From sequence record NC_070950.1: a DNA stretch of 64,000 bases; one strand, given 5' to 3'. The notes under the pieces were generated by a model. The model did not search any database, was not told the DNA's origin, and saw only the letters and a list, made by a program, of their open reading frames with translations. Numbering within the stretch: position 1 is the first letter of the stretch; each line of letters begins with the position of its first letter. Of this stretch, positions 47,152-56,891 are shown piece by piece. The position numbers and the translations under genes were made by a program.

Positions 47152-47692
47152 AAGTATCTGGAAACCGGGCGTTAAGATCACCCGTAAAGAAAAGAAAGCG
47201 CTTCGTCGTTTAATGCCGCATCCTAATAAGGGTCGTAAGCACTACCAGTGGCGGGTAGAAAACTTACGCATTAGTCACATCATGAAAAACGTATTGAATG
47301 ATGACGGTACGCTGAATATCGTTCAGGTTGCTAAACACTCGGTTCGCGTTTCGGCTAAACTCACGATGAAGAGAGAATTCGCGATATCGCGTGTCCAGGG
47401 TAAAGTAAAGGGTCCGATCTTTACAGAAGTCGATAACATCGGTCAAAATCAAGGGGAGGTCACCGAGAGACTGAGAACCGGATACCAATTCACCGTGACC
47501 TCCCCAGAGTTAGCGAAAACGATTAGGGAACTCCCCGCTGATATCGATCCGGTCCAATTCAAAGAAACCTGTGATAAGGTTATCGAACAATATCTCAGTG
47601 ATAACATTAAGAACGGAACCACCAATCCAGAAATAAAAGGAGTGCATCTTTGTGGCAAAGCCAGTAACATACCGCCAGTTCCTAAAGAATAA
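47144..47692 (+). CDS. Basic hypothetical protein
   Basis: K/R-rich N-terminus, 182 aa. Confidence 0.75.
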   Translation: MAKSIWKPGVKITRKEKKALRRLMPHPNKGRKHYQWRVENLRISHIMKNVLNDDGTLNIVQVAKHSVRVSAKLTMKREFAISRVQGKVKGPIFTEVDNIGQNQGEVTERLRTGYQFTVTSPELAKTIRELPADIDPVQFKETCDKVIEQYLSDNIKNGTTNPEIKGVHLCGKASNIPPVPKE

Positions 47693-47906
47693 CGGCATCC
47701 CTAAAGATAAGAAGGAACCCCTTATCCCACCCACAGCGACATTGCTGCCTAAACCGGAAGTTCCTAAAGGATTGGATTCTAGTCTTCGCGGTACAGATGG
47801 AATCGGGATTGATACGTTTGGGGACGTGGATGGTCGTTCAGGGAGGATTCAAATCATTAATGCTAAGAAAGCCCACGGAGAATGGTTTACTTGGCCTAAC
47901 AAATGA
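47652..47906 (+). CDS. Hypothetical protein
   Basis: 84 aa, GTG start after AAAGGAG; overlaps the upstream gene by 41 nt. Confidence 0.55.
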   Translation: MAKPVTYRQFLKNNGIPKDKKEPLIPPTATLLPKPEVPKGLDSSLRGTDGIGIDTFGDVDGRSGRIQIINAKKAHGEWFTWPNK

Positions 47907-48811
47907 GGTCCGCAAAGGTGGCAGTTAAAACAATCCCGCTTCACTCCCTCACAGTCTCTGAATTGAAAATAGATTTGGGTAAAACCACTAAAGACCGACC
48001 CGTTATCTTCCATCTCCTGATAATGGTGGCGGCTAACATCAGGTTTCCTTATTTAAGGACGGAACTCACCTACGGGGATAAAATAAAACACAGCTCTAAT
48101 TTCTCCATCCATATAGACGCTTTAAAGGAGATCGTAGCGGGAAAACAAAATGTGTTTAACTTTTTCATCAGTCACTTAAAAGAGACTCTTAATAAAGAAA
48201 CTGAATCGGCTTACTTTAGGGGCTTAAAAGAAGGTTGTGATAAGATAAAAATTCTTGGGAACAAGCTTGATCTTTTTGAAGAAGAGCCGGTGTGCTTCAA
48301 TCAAGTTTTCATTGAGCACGTTAATCGTATTTTTATGAAAAAAGAAGCGTCCGTGCGGCGTAGAATGCTATTCCACAAGGAACCTTTTAGATTAGTAGAA
48401 AGTTTCTCTTTCCCGCTAGAAACCAACGGACCGACTTTGTCCTTTTACATGGTTACGTCAGGAGAGAGGCAGCTGCCTTGGGTCCTTTGTATTATTGAGT
48501 TAGATTATCTGGTTAATAAAGAGTTTGACATTTATCTGACAAACGAAGATTTTCAGCTCATCATTAACAAAACGGTAAGCGCCGAAGAACTTTGTATTGG
48601 GAAAGCCATATTAGTAGCCAAAGGGATTTTTGGTGAGGAGTCATCTATTACGGGAAGGCTGAAAACACTATACGAGGCTTTCTTCCAGGTAGGGGTCGGG
48701 TCTGAAACATTAATCAGTTCTGGGTTTTATCAGGCAACGGTAAAAACATATTTGGATTGTGAAAATATCCAGAAAGCGCAGTTTAGTCAAAATTCAGAGA
48801 TGAAGAAATAA
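47903..48811 (+). CDS. Hypothetical protein
   Basis: 302 aa, ATGA overlap. Confidence 0.75.
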   Translation: MRSAKVAVKTIPLHSLTVSELKIDLGKTTKDRPVIFHLLIMVAANIRFPYLRTELTYGDKIKHSSNFSIHIDALKEIVAGKQNVFNFFISHLKETLNKETESAYFRGLKEGCDKIKILGNKLDLFEEEPVCFNQVFIEHVNRIFMKKEASVRRRMLFHKEPFRLVESFSFPLETNGPTLSFYMVTSGERQLPWVLCIIELDYLVNKEFDIYLTNEDFQLIINKTVSAEELCIGKAILVAKGIFGEESSITGRLKTLYEAFFQVGVGSETLISSGFYQATVKTYLDCENIQKAQFSQNSEMKK

Positions 48812-49110
48812 TGGAAACGTTAAAACTAGCACATAAATCTGGGAAGATGGATGTCTACACTTTTTCTTTTGGGACTAAATCCTTCTCGATTAGAACCACA
48901 CAACCTTTAACGAGGATGAATAGACTAAATAAATTAATCGAATATTTGAGTTCGTCTAATTCAGCAGTTAAAATTTCTCCCAAGGATGTTTGCGATCTTT
49001 ATAAACTTCGCGTAATGACAGATGATGGGAAGAACATTAGATTACTATTAACCATTAAAACTATGGTTGAGAAACTCATAGTCAAATTAGAGAAGGATAA
49101 CCAAAAATGA
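48811..49110 (+). CDS. Hypothetical protein
   Basis: 99 aa, TAATG overlap. Confidence 0.7.
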   Translation: METLKLAHKSGKMDVYTFSFGTKSFSIRTTQPLTRMNRLNKLIEYLSSSNSAVKISPKDVCDLYKLRVMTDDGKNIRLLLTIKTMVEKLIVKLEKDNQK

Positions 49111-49628
49111 TCATTAGTCTTATTATCGCATTGGACGAAAATAACGTTATTGGTCAAGATGATCATATTCCTTGGAATGAACCAGAGGATATGATGTGGT
49201 TTGTTAATAAAACCCGTCATAAAGCCATCGTAATGGGTCGTAAGACGTTTGATGGATTATCTAACCCATTACCAGATCGTTTGAATATCGTGCTCTCTAA
49301 GGACGGTAAAGATCGCCCTGGAGCCATTACGGCTAAAACACCATGGGATGTTCAGAAAGCGGCTATCGACTCAGGTTATAACGAATTGGTTATTTGTGGC
49401 GGCCCTGGGTTATACGACTACGCGCTGAATAACAATATTGTCGATAAGATTTACCTTACACGGGTTTTGAAAGAACACGAAGGTAACGTTAAATACGAAC
49501 ATCCTCTTTTGGAAGAACTCTTAGGCAGTGATAAAGTTGGTAATCTGTATGCCGATAAGTGGGTTCTGGATCAATTCGTCTCAGCACCGGGTTTGGTGTT
49601 CCGGACCTTAACCAAAGTAAGGAAATAA
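49107..49628 (+). CDS. folA: Dihydrofolate reductase
   Basis: IIALDENNVIG....IPWNEPEDMMWF..KT....VMGRKTFD....PLPDRLNIVLS; VICGGPGLY; IYLTRV. Confidence 0.95.
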   Translation: MIISLIIALDENNVIGQDDHIPWNEPEDMMWFVNKTRHKAIVMGRKTFDGLSNPLPDRLNIVLSKDGKDRPGAITAKTPWDVQKAAIDSGYNELVICGGPGLYDYALNNNIVDKIYLTRVLKEHEGNVKYEHPLLEELLGSDKVGNLYADKWVLDQFVSAPGLVFRTLTKVRK

Positions 49629-49629
49629 A

Positions 49630-50091
49630 ATGGGGCTGGTCATCAGAATAGGTAATGCGCGAATAAGACCTCAAGATCCGATGTTCCCGCATTACGAAAT
49701 GGATGTCGAGACGGAGGTTCTGGCAAGAGACGACAGTGCTCCGTTCACAGTTGGGATATGGTCGAGTAATGAGATTGAACCACGTTACTGCGATTGGATA
49801 TCCTTTTGTGGAGAGGTTGGTATATTCGAAGCATTTTTTTACATAGACCGTAATGGAGATCCTTGTGCTTACGGAGATCCGGGCGCCGTTTTCCTTTCTA
49901 ATGATATTTTGGATAGTTTTAAAGAAGCGTTAGAAACTTATCAAGCCAAATATCCCGATGTGGAAATAAAGGACGAACTGACGACCGATACAGTTAAAAC
50001 ATATCTTCATTATTTGAATTGGTTGATTTATTGGTCTGAAAGGGCTTTAAAAAACGAAGACATTCCGGCCATTGGGATTGGGGTTGAATAG
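49630..50091 (+). CDS. Hypothetical protein
   Basis: 153 aa, adjacent to folA. Confidence 0.75.
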   Translation: MGLVIRIGNARIRPQDPMFPHYEMDVETEVLARDDSAPFTVGIWSSNEIEPRYCDWISFCGEVGIFEAFFYIDRNGDPCAYGDPGAVFLSNDILDSFKEALETYQAKYPDVEIKDELTTDTVKTYLHYLNWLIYWSERALKNEDIPAIGIGVE

Positions 50092-50100
50092 GGGTAAGAT

Positions 50101-50661
50101 ATGAAACAGAAATTTCATCAAGGCGATTTAGTTTTTATAAAAGAAGACCTCGGCCCATACATGTCCCATTTCGAAAGTGGGTGTCTGGCCATCGTTCAAT
50201 ACAGTTACAATGATCGTTACGGCGACAAAGATAAATCAAAAGAGTTTAAAAATGAGTCTGGCATCAGCTATTCTCTTTGGTTGGAAGGGAGGGGAAGTGT
50301 TGCTTGGTATCATCAGAACCAACTCATTCTCATTGAAGCGGGGAGAGGTGATCTCTTAGAACGGTGGGAAAAGGAAGAGGAAGAGAAAAAGGTTAGGGAA
50401 TCCGATCTGGATTATATCTTTTCCATTAAAGATCCAAATCAACTAGGCTATTACAGTCTGCAGGCCTTGGCTGACGTTATGGAACTGGGCTCGCTTTGGG
50501 GTTCAAGAGGAGAGGGCGTGGATTTGGTCCGTAATCAACACTGCATGCGTATTCTCTTTAGCCGATTCGTATCGTGTGAAAACCCAAAAGAAGAATTCCT
50601 GAAAGCCGTAGCCGAGTTTAAAGAGAAAGTTCGGTCTGACAAAATCGACACACAGATTTAA
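50101..50661 (+). CDS. Hypothetical protein
   Basis: 186 aa; SH3-like start KFHQGDLVFI is tentative. Confidence 0.75.
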   Translation: MKQKFHQGDLVFIKEDLGPYMSHFESGCLAIVQYSYNDRYGDKDKSKEFKNESGISYSLWLEGRGSVAWYHQNQLILIEAGRGDLLERWEKEEEEKKVRESDLDYIFSIKDPNQLGYYSLQALADVMELGSLWGSRGEGVDLVRNQHCMRILFSRFVSCENPKEEFLKAVAEFKEKVRSDKIDTQI

Positions 50662-50716
50662 TCAGGTCTTTAATATCTCTTCGTAAATCCAATTACTAAT
50701 TTTAGGAAAAAATATC

Positions 50717-51151
50717 ATGAGTGACGAAATCGAAAAACCAGATTGCTTTTATATTGCTGAAGGTCATCTGTCAGGATGCAGTTCTACGTCTTTCGACAAA
50801 GAAGGGTTCTTAAGTAATACCGAGGTCGATGAAACGCTGATTGAAAGTCTGGTCGGCGGGTATCTCGAAATAGAAGATCACGAAGATGGGCTTAGTTATT
50901 TTGAGGCGTTGGTGACCGTCTCGGAAGAACGGATTGGATGTGGATTTAAAACCCATACGGTAAAACGTCACACGCTCCATATCGAAGCCGTCAATGACGA
51001 ATCAGACACCCTGAAATTCACCATCGACAACGTTGATACGAAAGACTTCGACGCGCTAATCGAACGTTACAACGGTGTGATCTCCGCCTTTGATGAGAAT
51101 CGTCAACACTCTCTGTACTCGGCCTTTGCAACTGCTTTACAATACTGCTAA
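50717..51151 (+). CDS. Hypothetical acidic protein
   Basis: 144 aa, TTTAGGAA RBS. Confidence 0.75.
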   Translation: MSDEIEKPDCFYIAEGHLSGCSSTSFDKEGFLSNTEVDETLIESLVGGYLEIEDHEDGLSYFEALVTVSEERIGCGFKTHTVKRHTLHIEAVNDESDTLKFTIDNVDTKDFDALIERYNGVISAFDENRQHSLYSAFATALQYC

Positions 51152-51178
51152 TTAACATCACTTTTAGGAATAAATATC

Positions 51179-51682
51179 ATGTCTGACATCAAACGTATCG
51201 CTGACCTTATGTACCAATCGGTTATTCAAAGAAACCCGGATATTCTGAAAGCCGGTCTTATCGTGCTGGCCACCGACCAAAAAGTAATGGTAAAATCATC
51301 GGTTTATTTTATCCCCAGACCGATCACCGCCGGGAAGGACGAAGTAGAAGGAGAAGTTGAAGAAGCGGCTAAGGAATTCGATTTCCACGTCTATCATCTC
51401 GATAAGGTTAAGGTTATTTTGGATGAAGGGCTTAAAATAAGAGCCGTGATCATCAGTGGCGGGAGTGATAATTTCCCTGGTTTCCAACAACAGCATCTCG
51501 GATATGGCCGGTTCCCTCAAATGGGGGAAATCCACCCTACTGACGTGTTCGAGGTTATTGGGTTTTCTGACGCCGGAATGTATCCAGGAAACGTTTTCGG
51601 TTTATACGATGCGCTTTGTAAAATTTACGATGGTAAGGCGGTTCCCGGGGGACGCCGGGCTGACCGACCAGTTCCTTTCTGA
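51179..51682 (+). CDS. Hypothetical protein
   Basis: 167 aa, TTTAGGAA RBS. Confidence 0.75.
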   Translation: MSDIKRIADLMYQSVIQRNPDILKAGLIVLATDQKVMVKSSVYFIPRPITAGKDEVEGEVEEAAKEFDFHVYHLDKVKVILDEGLKIRAVIISGGSDNFPGFQQQHLGYGRFPQMGEIHPTDVFEVIGFSDAGMYPGNVFGLYDALCKIYDGKAVPGGRRADRPVPF

Positions 51683-51725
51683 TTGAACGAGAACATCGTG
51701 AAAACTACAATTATTAGGAATAAAA

Positions 51726-52091
51726 ATGATAGTAAGACTCGTAGTTAACCAACATTGTCGTCTAGGTTGGTGGTTTGAAAGAGAATATTTCTCCCACCTT
51801 AATCGTGATCTGAGAGACCTCGCCCCTAAGAATAGTGAGAAGTATTATTCTGGCGGGGAACATGGTGTTAACCTACTCACGGATGAAGGTGATGAGATCA
51901 GGGCGTGGTTAGAACTCGTCAAAGAAACTTATCCGGTTATTGAAGAAGAGATCGGTTTACTTCTTAAAGAAATCGGAAACAGTAAAGGTGGTTTTTACGA
52001 CATGCGTAAAATACTGCAGGATCGTAAACCCTCTTTACTTTGGCGGTGGTCTCCATTGAACAAGGACTTCTTACCCCCTTCTGTATTTTGA
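51726..52091 (+). CDS. Hypothetical protein, paralog of 55716-56108
   Basis: Shared RLG, DLxDLAP and WLxLVxExxPxxxEExxL motifs. Confidence 0.75.
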   Translation: MIVRLVVNQHCRLGWWFEREYFSHLNRDLRDLAPKNSEKYYSGGEHGVNLLTDEGDEIRAWLELVKETYPVIEEEIGLLLKEIGNSKGGFYDMRKILQDRKPSLLWRWSPLNKDFLPPSVF

Positions 52092-52176
52092 TCTGCAGTA
52101 ATACCCAGACAAGGATGTCGTCAACACAGCTTAGTGCTGTTTCGAGTCAACTAATTAAACTCAACGAGGAATAAAC

Positions 52177-53052
52177 ATGTTAAGAAATATTCACGAATGC
52201 ATCCGCGCTATCGATATTCATTCTGGTGTAGTGATGTCACTCAGACTCAACGCAGATGATCGAGTAGAACGTCTCACTGCGTCGATCATGATCTCAGATA
52301 GATACGATAACCGGTTCTTAATATTACCGGATGAAATTAGAACATTCACACAAACCATCCGTGAGTTTGTGCACGGAATTATACCAGGATTTAATCCTAA
52401 CGCACCTAAACTTCAATATGTCGTAGTAGAAAACCTGAAAGAAAAACGGGTCAACATTTCTTTTAAAGGAACGACGATAAAAGTGGGCGGGGATAGAGAC
52501 CCAAGAATCAATCTTACTGAGATTCTTGAAACAATATCACTCTGGCACCCTTTCATTCTCCAGTGGGAATCCACCGGGATAATAGATCACTCTGCCCTTG
52601 ATCTGCTAAACAGAATGCTGTTGCTTCATCGAGACTCCGGCAACTTCCTTAAAGTTCTAACTCGGCAAGGAAATATGTCCAATCCGTTGACGACCATTAC
52701 TGTAAGAGATGGTCGAGGATCTCGCAAGGAGCTGGTGATTTCTAACAGAACCCAATTCTCGATGATTATTTCTGGTACTGCCGGTAAAGACATCTTGGAG
52801 TTGATTATCGAAACGCTCCAATCTAAACCAATGTTAGGTAATCGGAAAGGTCACATCAAAGAGCTGGCAGGGAAGTACGTTTTTGTCTGCTCCTTGATAA
52901 AAGCCCCTCGTAAAGAAAACTTTGATCGACGCCAGCTCACGATTATGAGTGAAGCCGGGCCCTATCCTCAAGCGATCCGTTTAAATTTTGAAACAGAAGA
53001 AGAAAGAAATGAAATTCTTTCTGGGTTAGAACACGCCTTAACAATCGTTTAA
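52177..53052 (+). CDS. Hypothetical protein
   Basis: 291 aa, GAGGA RBS. Confidence 0.75.
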   Translation: MLRNIHECIRAIDIHSGVVMSLRLNADDRVERLTASIMISDRYDNRFLILPDEIRTFTQTIREFVHGIIPGFNPNAPKLQYVVVENLKEKRVNISFKGTTIKVGGDRDPRINLTEILETISLWHPFILQWESTGIIDHSALDLLNRMLLLHRDSGNFLKVLTRQGNMSNPLTTITVRDGRGSRKELVISNRTQFSMIISGTAGKDILELIIETLQSKPMLGNRKGHIKELAGKYVFVCSLIKAPRKENFDRRQLTIMSEAGPYPQAIRLNFETEEERNEILSGLEHALTIV

Positions 53053-53054
53053 CC

Positions 53055-53089
53055 TATACTCCTACTCCCGATAAGGGAGTAGGAGTATA
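53055..53089. terminator. Terminator of the repeated CTCCTACTCCC hairpin family
   Basis: 15-bp stem; 29-nt core identical to 39257-39285. Confidence 0.85.
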
Positions 53090-53101
53090 AACCTTATTAT
53101 T

Positions 53102-53146
53102 TTTTACTTGTATTTATTTATAGATCTTTATTATCAAAGCGTAAAC
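53102..53146 (+). promoter_or_regulatory. Conserved 45-nt promoter-like element, copy 2
   Basis: 36/45 identity to 24982-25026. Confidence 0.6.
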
Positions 53147-53247
53147 TAAAACAACTGTTGACCTTATATGGTTGTTTTTTCCTAACCGAGGAAATGGAAG
53201 TCCTCGGTCTTTTTTAATACGGAATGCAAATTTAGGAAACCCACATC

Positions 53248-53664
53248 ATGAAAAATATCTTTATCGCCCTCTCTCTGTTCGTTTTCTCTTTCTCTGCACT
53301 GGCTGAAGATTTTGTCTGTAAGACGGAAGCCTATGTCGCTGATCCGAAAGGAACTGATCCGGCCGTAATAACTCACGGTGTTTACAGTTTTGATTACAAT
53401 CGCTCTACCGATGTTTTAACCAAAATTGATGGTAAGAAAGATGACTTCGCAGTCCCTACCTTTGCAGTAGGTAAGGACGACAAAGGCATCACCGTCCGCG
53501 TGGGGTATAAAGGCAAAATGGTATATTGGTTTGGGTTTAACGGCCGTGCTATCGATTCCGTCATTCTGGCGGAACATAAAACCATGATAACCCGAGATTC
53601 TTTTAAAGGGGATACCATGGCGAAAACTGTTTATTTGAAAATGTACAGCGACTGTTCTTATTAA
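53248..53664 (+). CDS. Exported hypothetical protein
   Basis: Signal peptide MKNIFIALSLFVFSFSALA; one Cys near each end. Confidence 0.75.
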   Translation: MKNIFIALSLFVFSFSALAEDFVCKTEAYVADPKGTDPAVITHGVYSFDYNRSTDVLTKIDGKKDDFAVPTFAVGKDDKGITVRVGYKGKMVYWFGFNGRAIDSVILAEHKTMITRDSFKGDTMAKTVYLKMYSDCSY

Positions 53665-53673
53665 GGGACGACG

Positions 53674-54369
53674 ATGAAAAGAAATGTGTTTGTCGAAATG
53701 CTCGACAACGGAGTGAGGATAAGAGCGCTTTCAGAAGATGGTAAATCCACACTGATCGACCACACGTTCACCACTCAATCGTTGTTGACTTCCGAACAGT
53801 TTCGACACCTAGTGGACATCGCAGAAGAGAATTGGGAGATCGAAAGCCAGTTTAGAAGGTCTGTTCAGCTGTCTGTCCACTGGGGGGTAGTTACCAAGGA
53901 AATTGTAGACGGGTTAACTGAATACATCGGCGATCGTAAAGTTGCTGAACTGGGTTGCGGGCACGGTTATCTTCTTTCTTGTTTAAAAGAAAAAGGAGTC
54001 GATATCCGAGGATACGACCTGGGGATCGAATCAGGAGAGGCCGAAGAATGGTTGGGGTCTAAACTCGTAACTGATAAAAAGCACCATTTGTTTGCTTCTT
54101 ATACTTCGGGTAATTATAACGAACTCTCGTTCGATTATTACGATATCATTCTCATGGTCTGGCCTCGTAATGCCGACCAAGCATTACTCAAAATGAAGCC
54201 TGGGCGGACGCTCATTCTCATCGGGGAATTGGACGGCTGCACCGGAGGTCCTCTTCAAGAGAGGATTTTGGATGAGCGTTTTGAAGTCATAGAAGAAAAT
54301 TTCTTAGGGGAGCATTTTATTCGTTGGCCTGGATTGTACGACAAGATTAACATTTATCGTAAAAACTGA
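53674..54369 (+). CDS. Class I SAM-dependent methyltransferase
   Basis: Motif I VAELGCGHGYL, acidic GYD, DIILMVWP, MKPG..LILIGE. Confidence 0.8.
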   Translation: MKRNVFVEMLDNGVRIRALSEDGKSTLIDHTFTTQSLLTSEQFRHLVDIAEENWEIESQFRRSVQLSVHWGVVTKEIVDGLTEYIGDRKVAELGCGHGYLLSCLKEKGVDIRGYDLGIESGEAEEWLGSKLVTDKKHHLFASYTSGNYNELSFDYYDIILMVWPRNADQALLKMKPGRTLILIGELDGCTGGPLQERILDERFEVIEENFLGEHFIRWPGLYDKINIYRKN

Positions 54370-54396
54370 CATCAACTTTATTTAGGGAAACGTATC

Positions 54397-54852
54397 ATGT
54401 CATTACTGAAAAACATCGTTATTAAATCTTCTTCTATTTCCGCCATCTGCGGGATTCCGACTTATAAGGATAAACCTTGCGCTTACACCAACGTGGGGTT
54501 CAATCGCAAACTTTACGGCACTGGCGTGGATTACGTCCTTGATAATTCGGATGGGATCCTCAAACAAACTAATCTGGATGAAGCCAGTTCTGATCAGCCG
54601 ACTAAGCTTAACGGTGTTTTCATTATTAAACACATGACTGGGTTGGTTGACGGCAATTCCTGCGTAATCGGGGTTAAGGATGACGTTATCCTTTGCGTAG
54701 CGGATAGCAAGGGTCTTATTTGGACCCACCCCACCCATTCCACAATGACCATTCAGGATGAATGCCTCAAAGAGGTGATGACTCCGGATGGATTCGAGCA
54801 GTATAAGCTGGGGCGCAAACGTCGCTTCTCTGACGATCTGGCTTTCTTTTAA
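54397..54852 (+). CDS. Hypothetical protein
   Basis: 151 aa, TAGGGA RBS. Confidence 0.7.
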   Translation: MSLLKNIVIKSSSISAICGIPTYKDKPCAYTNVGFNRKLYGTGVDYVLDNSDGILKQTNLDEASSDQPTKLNGVFIIKHMTGLVDGNSCVIGVKDDVILCVADSKGLIWTHPTHSTMTIQDECLKEVMTPDGFEQYKLGRKRRFSDDLAFF

Positions 54853-54864
54853 AGGAAACGAAAA

Positions 54865-55179
54865 ATGCACTCGCAACTCACGACCATTATCGACACGGTA
54901 GAACGGGTTAAAAACGATCGGTTTAATCCCGAGACCTTCATCACCAGTCGAAAAGTAAGCACCAACGATATGGTGTTTTCTTACAGTTATCTTTTGGGTA
55001 ATCTTTACATCAAAGGTGCGTTCGACGACGGCGAATTCGAAATCTTCAAAGATCACGCTACCTGGCAGGTTTGGATCTGGGGTGAAAAGAAACCTGATCG
55101 CTGTCAGTTCTCCTGTCCTGAACACGGGTACGATAAAGTAAAACACTTTATCGAAACCACTTTCCCAGAAACGAAATAA
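54865..55179 (+). CDS. Hypothetical protein
   Basis: 104 aa, AAGGA RBS. Confidence 0.75.
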   Translation: MHSQLTTIIDTVERVKNDRFNPETFITSRKVSTNDMVFSYSYLLGNLYIKGAFDDGEFEIFKDHATWQVWIWGEKKPDRCQFSCPEHGYDKVKHFIETTFPETK

Positions 55180-55182
55180 CTT

Positions 55183-55204
55183 AATCGGGAGGAAACTCCC
55201 GATT
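55183..55204. terminator. Hairpin, probable terminator
   Basis: AATCGGGAG-GAAA-CTCCCGATT. Confidence 0.65.
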
Positions 55205-55225
55205 GATAGATTAGGAAACCACGCC

Positions 55226-55690
55226 ATGTCCGATATTTTTGAAGCTAAGACTTATATCGAAATCGTTTCTTGTTCTGATGACGAGGTGATTCTTAGAGAT
55301 ACTCGCCATGACGGGATCTTGAAAATTAAATGCCTCGGTGATTTAAAAGGAACCGCCGTCTGTTCTGAAATCCAACATGCTTTTATTTACGGTAATCTGT
55401 TGCTGAGAATCAAAGGAGAGAATACTTTCTTCTGCAAAGAAGGGTTTGACCTATCAGGTAACGTTCAAATCCATAACGTTGTTCTTCTCGACCCTATTTT
55501 GGAAGATGCTTCTCTGATCGACGTTGAACTCCCTAATGCAGAGTTAAGCGTCCGTTTTGCTTCTCTTGAAAACGTTCCTTCTTATAAGCGACCAAAGAAA
55601 ATTACCTTGGCTTACGGGTTGTATGCAGGAAGCGATCTTTGTGGTTCTTCAGATATTAACCGTATTAACAGATCGAATGTAAGAGTCTAA
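55226..55690 (+). CDS. Hypothetical protein
   Basis: 154 aa, TTAGGAA RBS. Confidence 0.75.
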   Translation: MSDIFEAKTYIEIVSCSDDEVILRDTRHDGILKIKCLGDLKGTAVCSEIQHAFIYGNLLLRIKGENTFFCKEGFDLSGNVQIHNVVLLDPILEDASLIDVELPNAELSVRFASLENVPSYKRPKKITLAYGLYAGSDLCGSSDINRINRSNVRV

Positions 55691-55715
55691 AATATTTATA
55701 TCACGGGAGATTAAA

Positions 55716-56108
55716 ATGGTTACTGTCGATTTAACAATGGGCTGTGTGACTCGTCTGGGTCTAATCATCAACAGAATCCAAAATTATCCGCGTCGTAAGG
55801 ACCTCAAAGATTTAGCTCCGCTATTTATCTTTGATGAAACCAATTGGTTTTATCCGCGTTGCGAAATAAAGTGGAATAACTCGGAAGCCTTAATCACCTG
55901 GTTGGGGTTGGTGGCTGACGAATTTCCCGAAGTCGGTGAAGAAGTCGAATTGATCGTTCGTGCGATCGAGGGTAAAACGTCCGGTCGGGTCAGTATTTTT
56001 GATTTACTCAATACCCCCACCCACCAACACCTTCTCCTGGTTTGGGATATCCATGAGAAGAAAACAACGGTTAAACATCCCGGCGGGGACCATCCCTATT
56101 CGAAATAA
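55716..56108 (+). CDS. Hypothetical protein, paralog of 51726-52091
   Basis: Shared motifs RLG, KDLKDLAP, WLGLVADEFPEVGEEV. Confidence 0.75.
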   Translation: MVTVDLTMGCVTRLGLIINRIQNYPRRKDLKDLAPLFIFDETNWFYPRCEIKWNNSEALITWLGLVADEFPEVGEEVELIVRAIEGKTSGRVSIFDLLNTPTHQHLLLVWDIHEKKTTVKHPGGDHPYSK

Positions 56109-56127
56109 CAAAATAAGGAGATGAGAA

Positions 56128-56460
56128 ATGGGCTTACCCTCTCGTTTCGCAGAAGAAATGTTTACCCCTATTACAGGGTATGCATTTTCAGAGAAAATAA
56201 ATCCCGGATATTTGGTCTCGTTGAAAGGGATTTCATACAAATCGGATATCTCGTTTTTAGAAAACCTCGGCGATATCGAGGAGTTCACTAAAGAGTTTAT
56301 CGATCAGGATTTCCAGTTCACGCTGGGGGTCGTCGTCGGAGTGACCGATTTGGAACTCATCGTAAAACTTCGGACAGGGGACCACGTTAAGATCTCTGAC
56401 ATAGGTGACGGAGAAATCGTCATTGCTCCGACAGTAAAAATCGCCGAGCGTTGGATATAA
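56128..56460 (+). CDS. Hypothetical protein
   Basis: 110 aa, AAGGAG RBS. Confidence 0.75.
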   Translation: MGLPSRFAEEMFTPITGYAFSEKINPGYLVSLKGISYKSDISFLENLGDIEEFTKEFIDQDFQFTLGVVVGVTDLELIVKLRTGDHVKISDIGDGEIVIAPTVKIAERWI

Positions 56461-56484
56461 GACAACCTTTTAGGAATTGACACC

Positions 56485-56862
56485 ATGTCTAAGTTATCAT
56501 CTTCAGCGGTAAATGATTTATTTTGTGACTGTTTGGCTGAATCAGAAGAAGATCCCGACGTAAAGGTCGTAGTGGGTATCGTAGGGGTCTTTATCTTCGA
56601 TCCCGCTAAACTTATTGAAAACAAAGAAAGTATCGTTTCTTTTCTCATGGAGCTTCCTGAGAAATTTCAGGAAGAGAAAGGAGGCGGGTGGAGTTTCCTC
56701 GAAGCTTGTATGGACAAAGAGGGAAACCACTGGGCAGAACATCCAACCATCGAACGGCTAATGGGTCTGGGGATCGCCATAGATAAAGTAGAATACGTTC
56801 TACCGCGCGAAATGTGGTCCGTCCTCCCAGGCGGAATGCCGTATTTTGTTATTAAGAAATAA
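56485..56862 (+). CDS. Conserved hypothetical phage protein
   Basis: GGGWSFLEAC.D..G..W and PREMW..LPGGMPYF motifs, recalled from a widespread uncharacterised family. Confidence 0.8.
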   Translation: MSKLSSSAVNDLFCDCLAESEEDPDVKVVVGIVGVFIFDPAKLIENKESIVSFLMELPEKFQEEKGGGWSFLEACMDKEGNHWAEHPTIERLMGLGIAIDKVEYVLPREMWSVLPGGMPYFVIKK

Positions 56863-56891
56863 CCAAACCTAACTTTTGAAAGGAACATCCA

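Noticed and set aside
49107-49628. Trimethoprim-resistance gene
   Set aside because: This is an ordinary phage DHFR with no integron or mobile context, and resistance cannot be read from the sequence.
23165-53089. CRISPR array or mini-array from the repeated hairpins
   Set aside because: The copies are 14-16 kb apart, with no repeat-spacer periodicity and no cas genes.
54403-55227. 274-aa minus-strand ORF
   Set aside because: It lies antisense to two + strand genes with good RBSs in an all-plus region and has no recognisable motif, so it is a shadow ORF.
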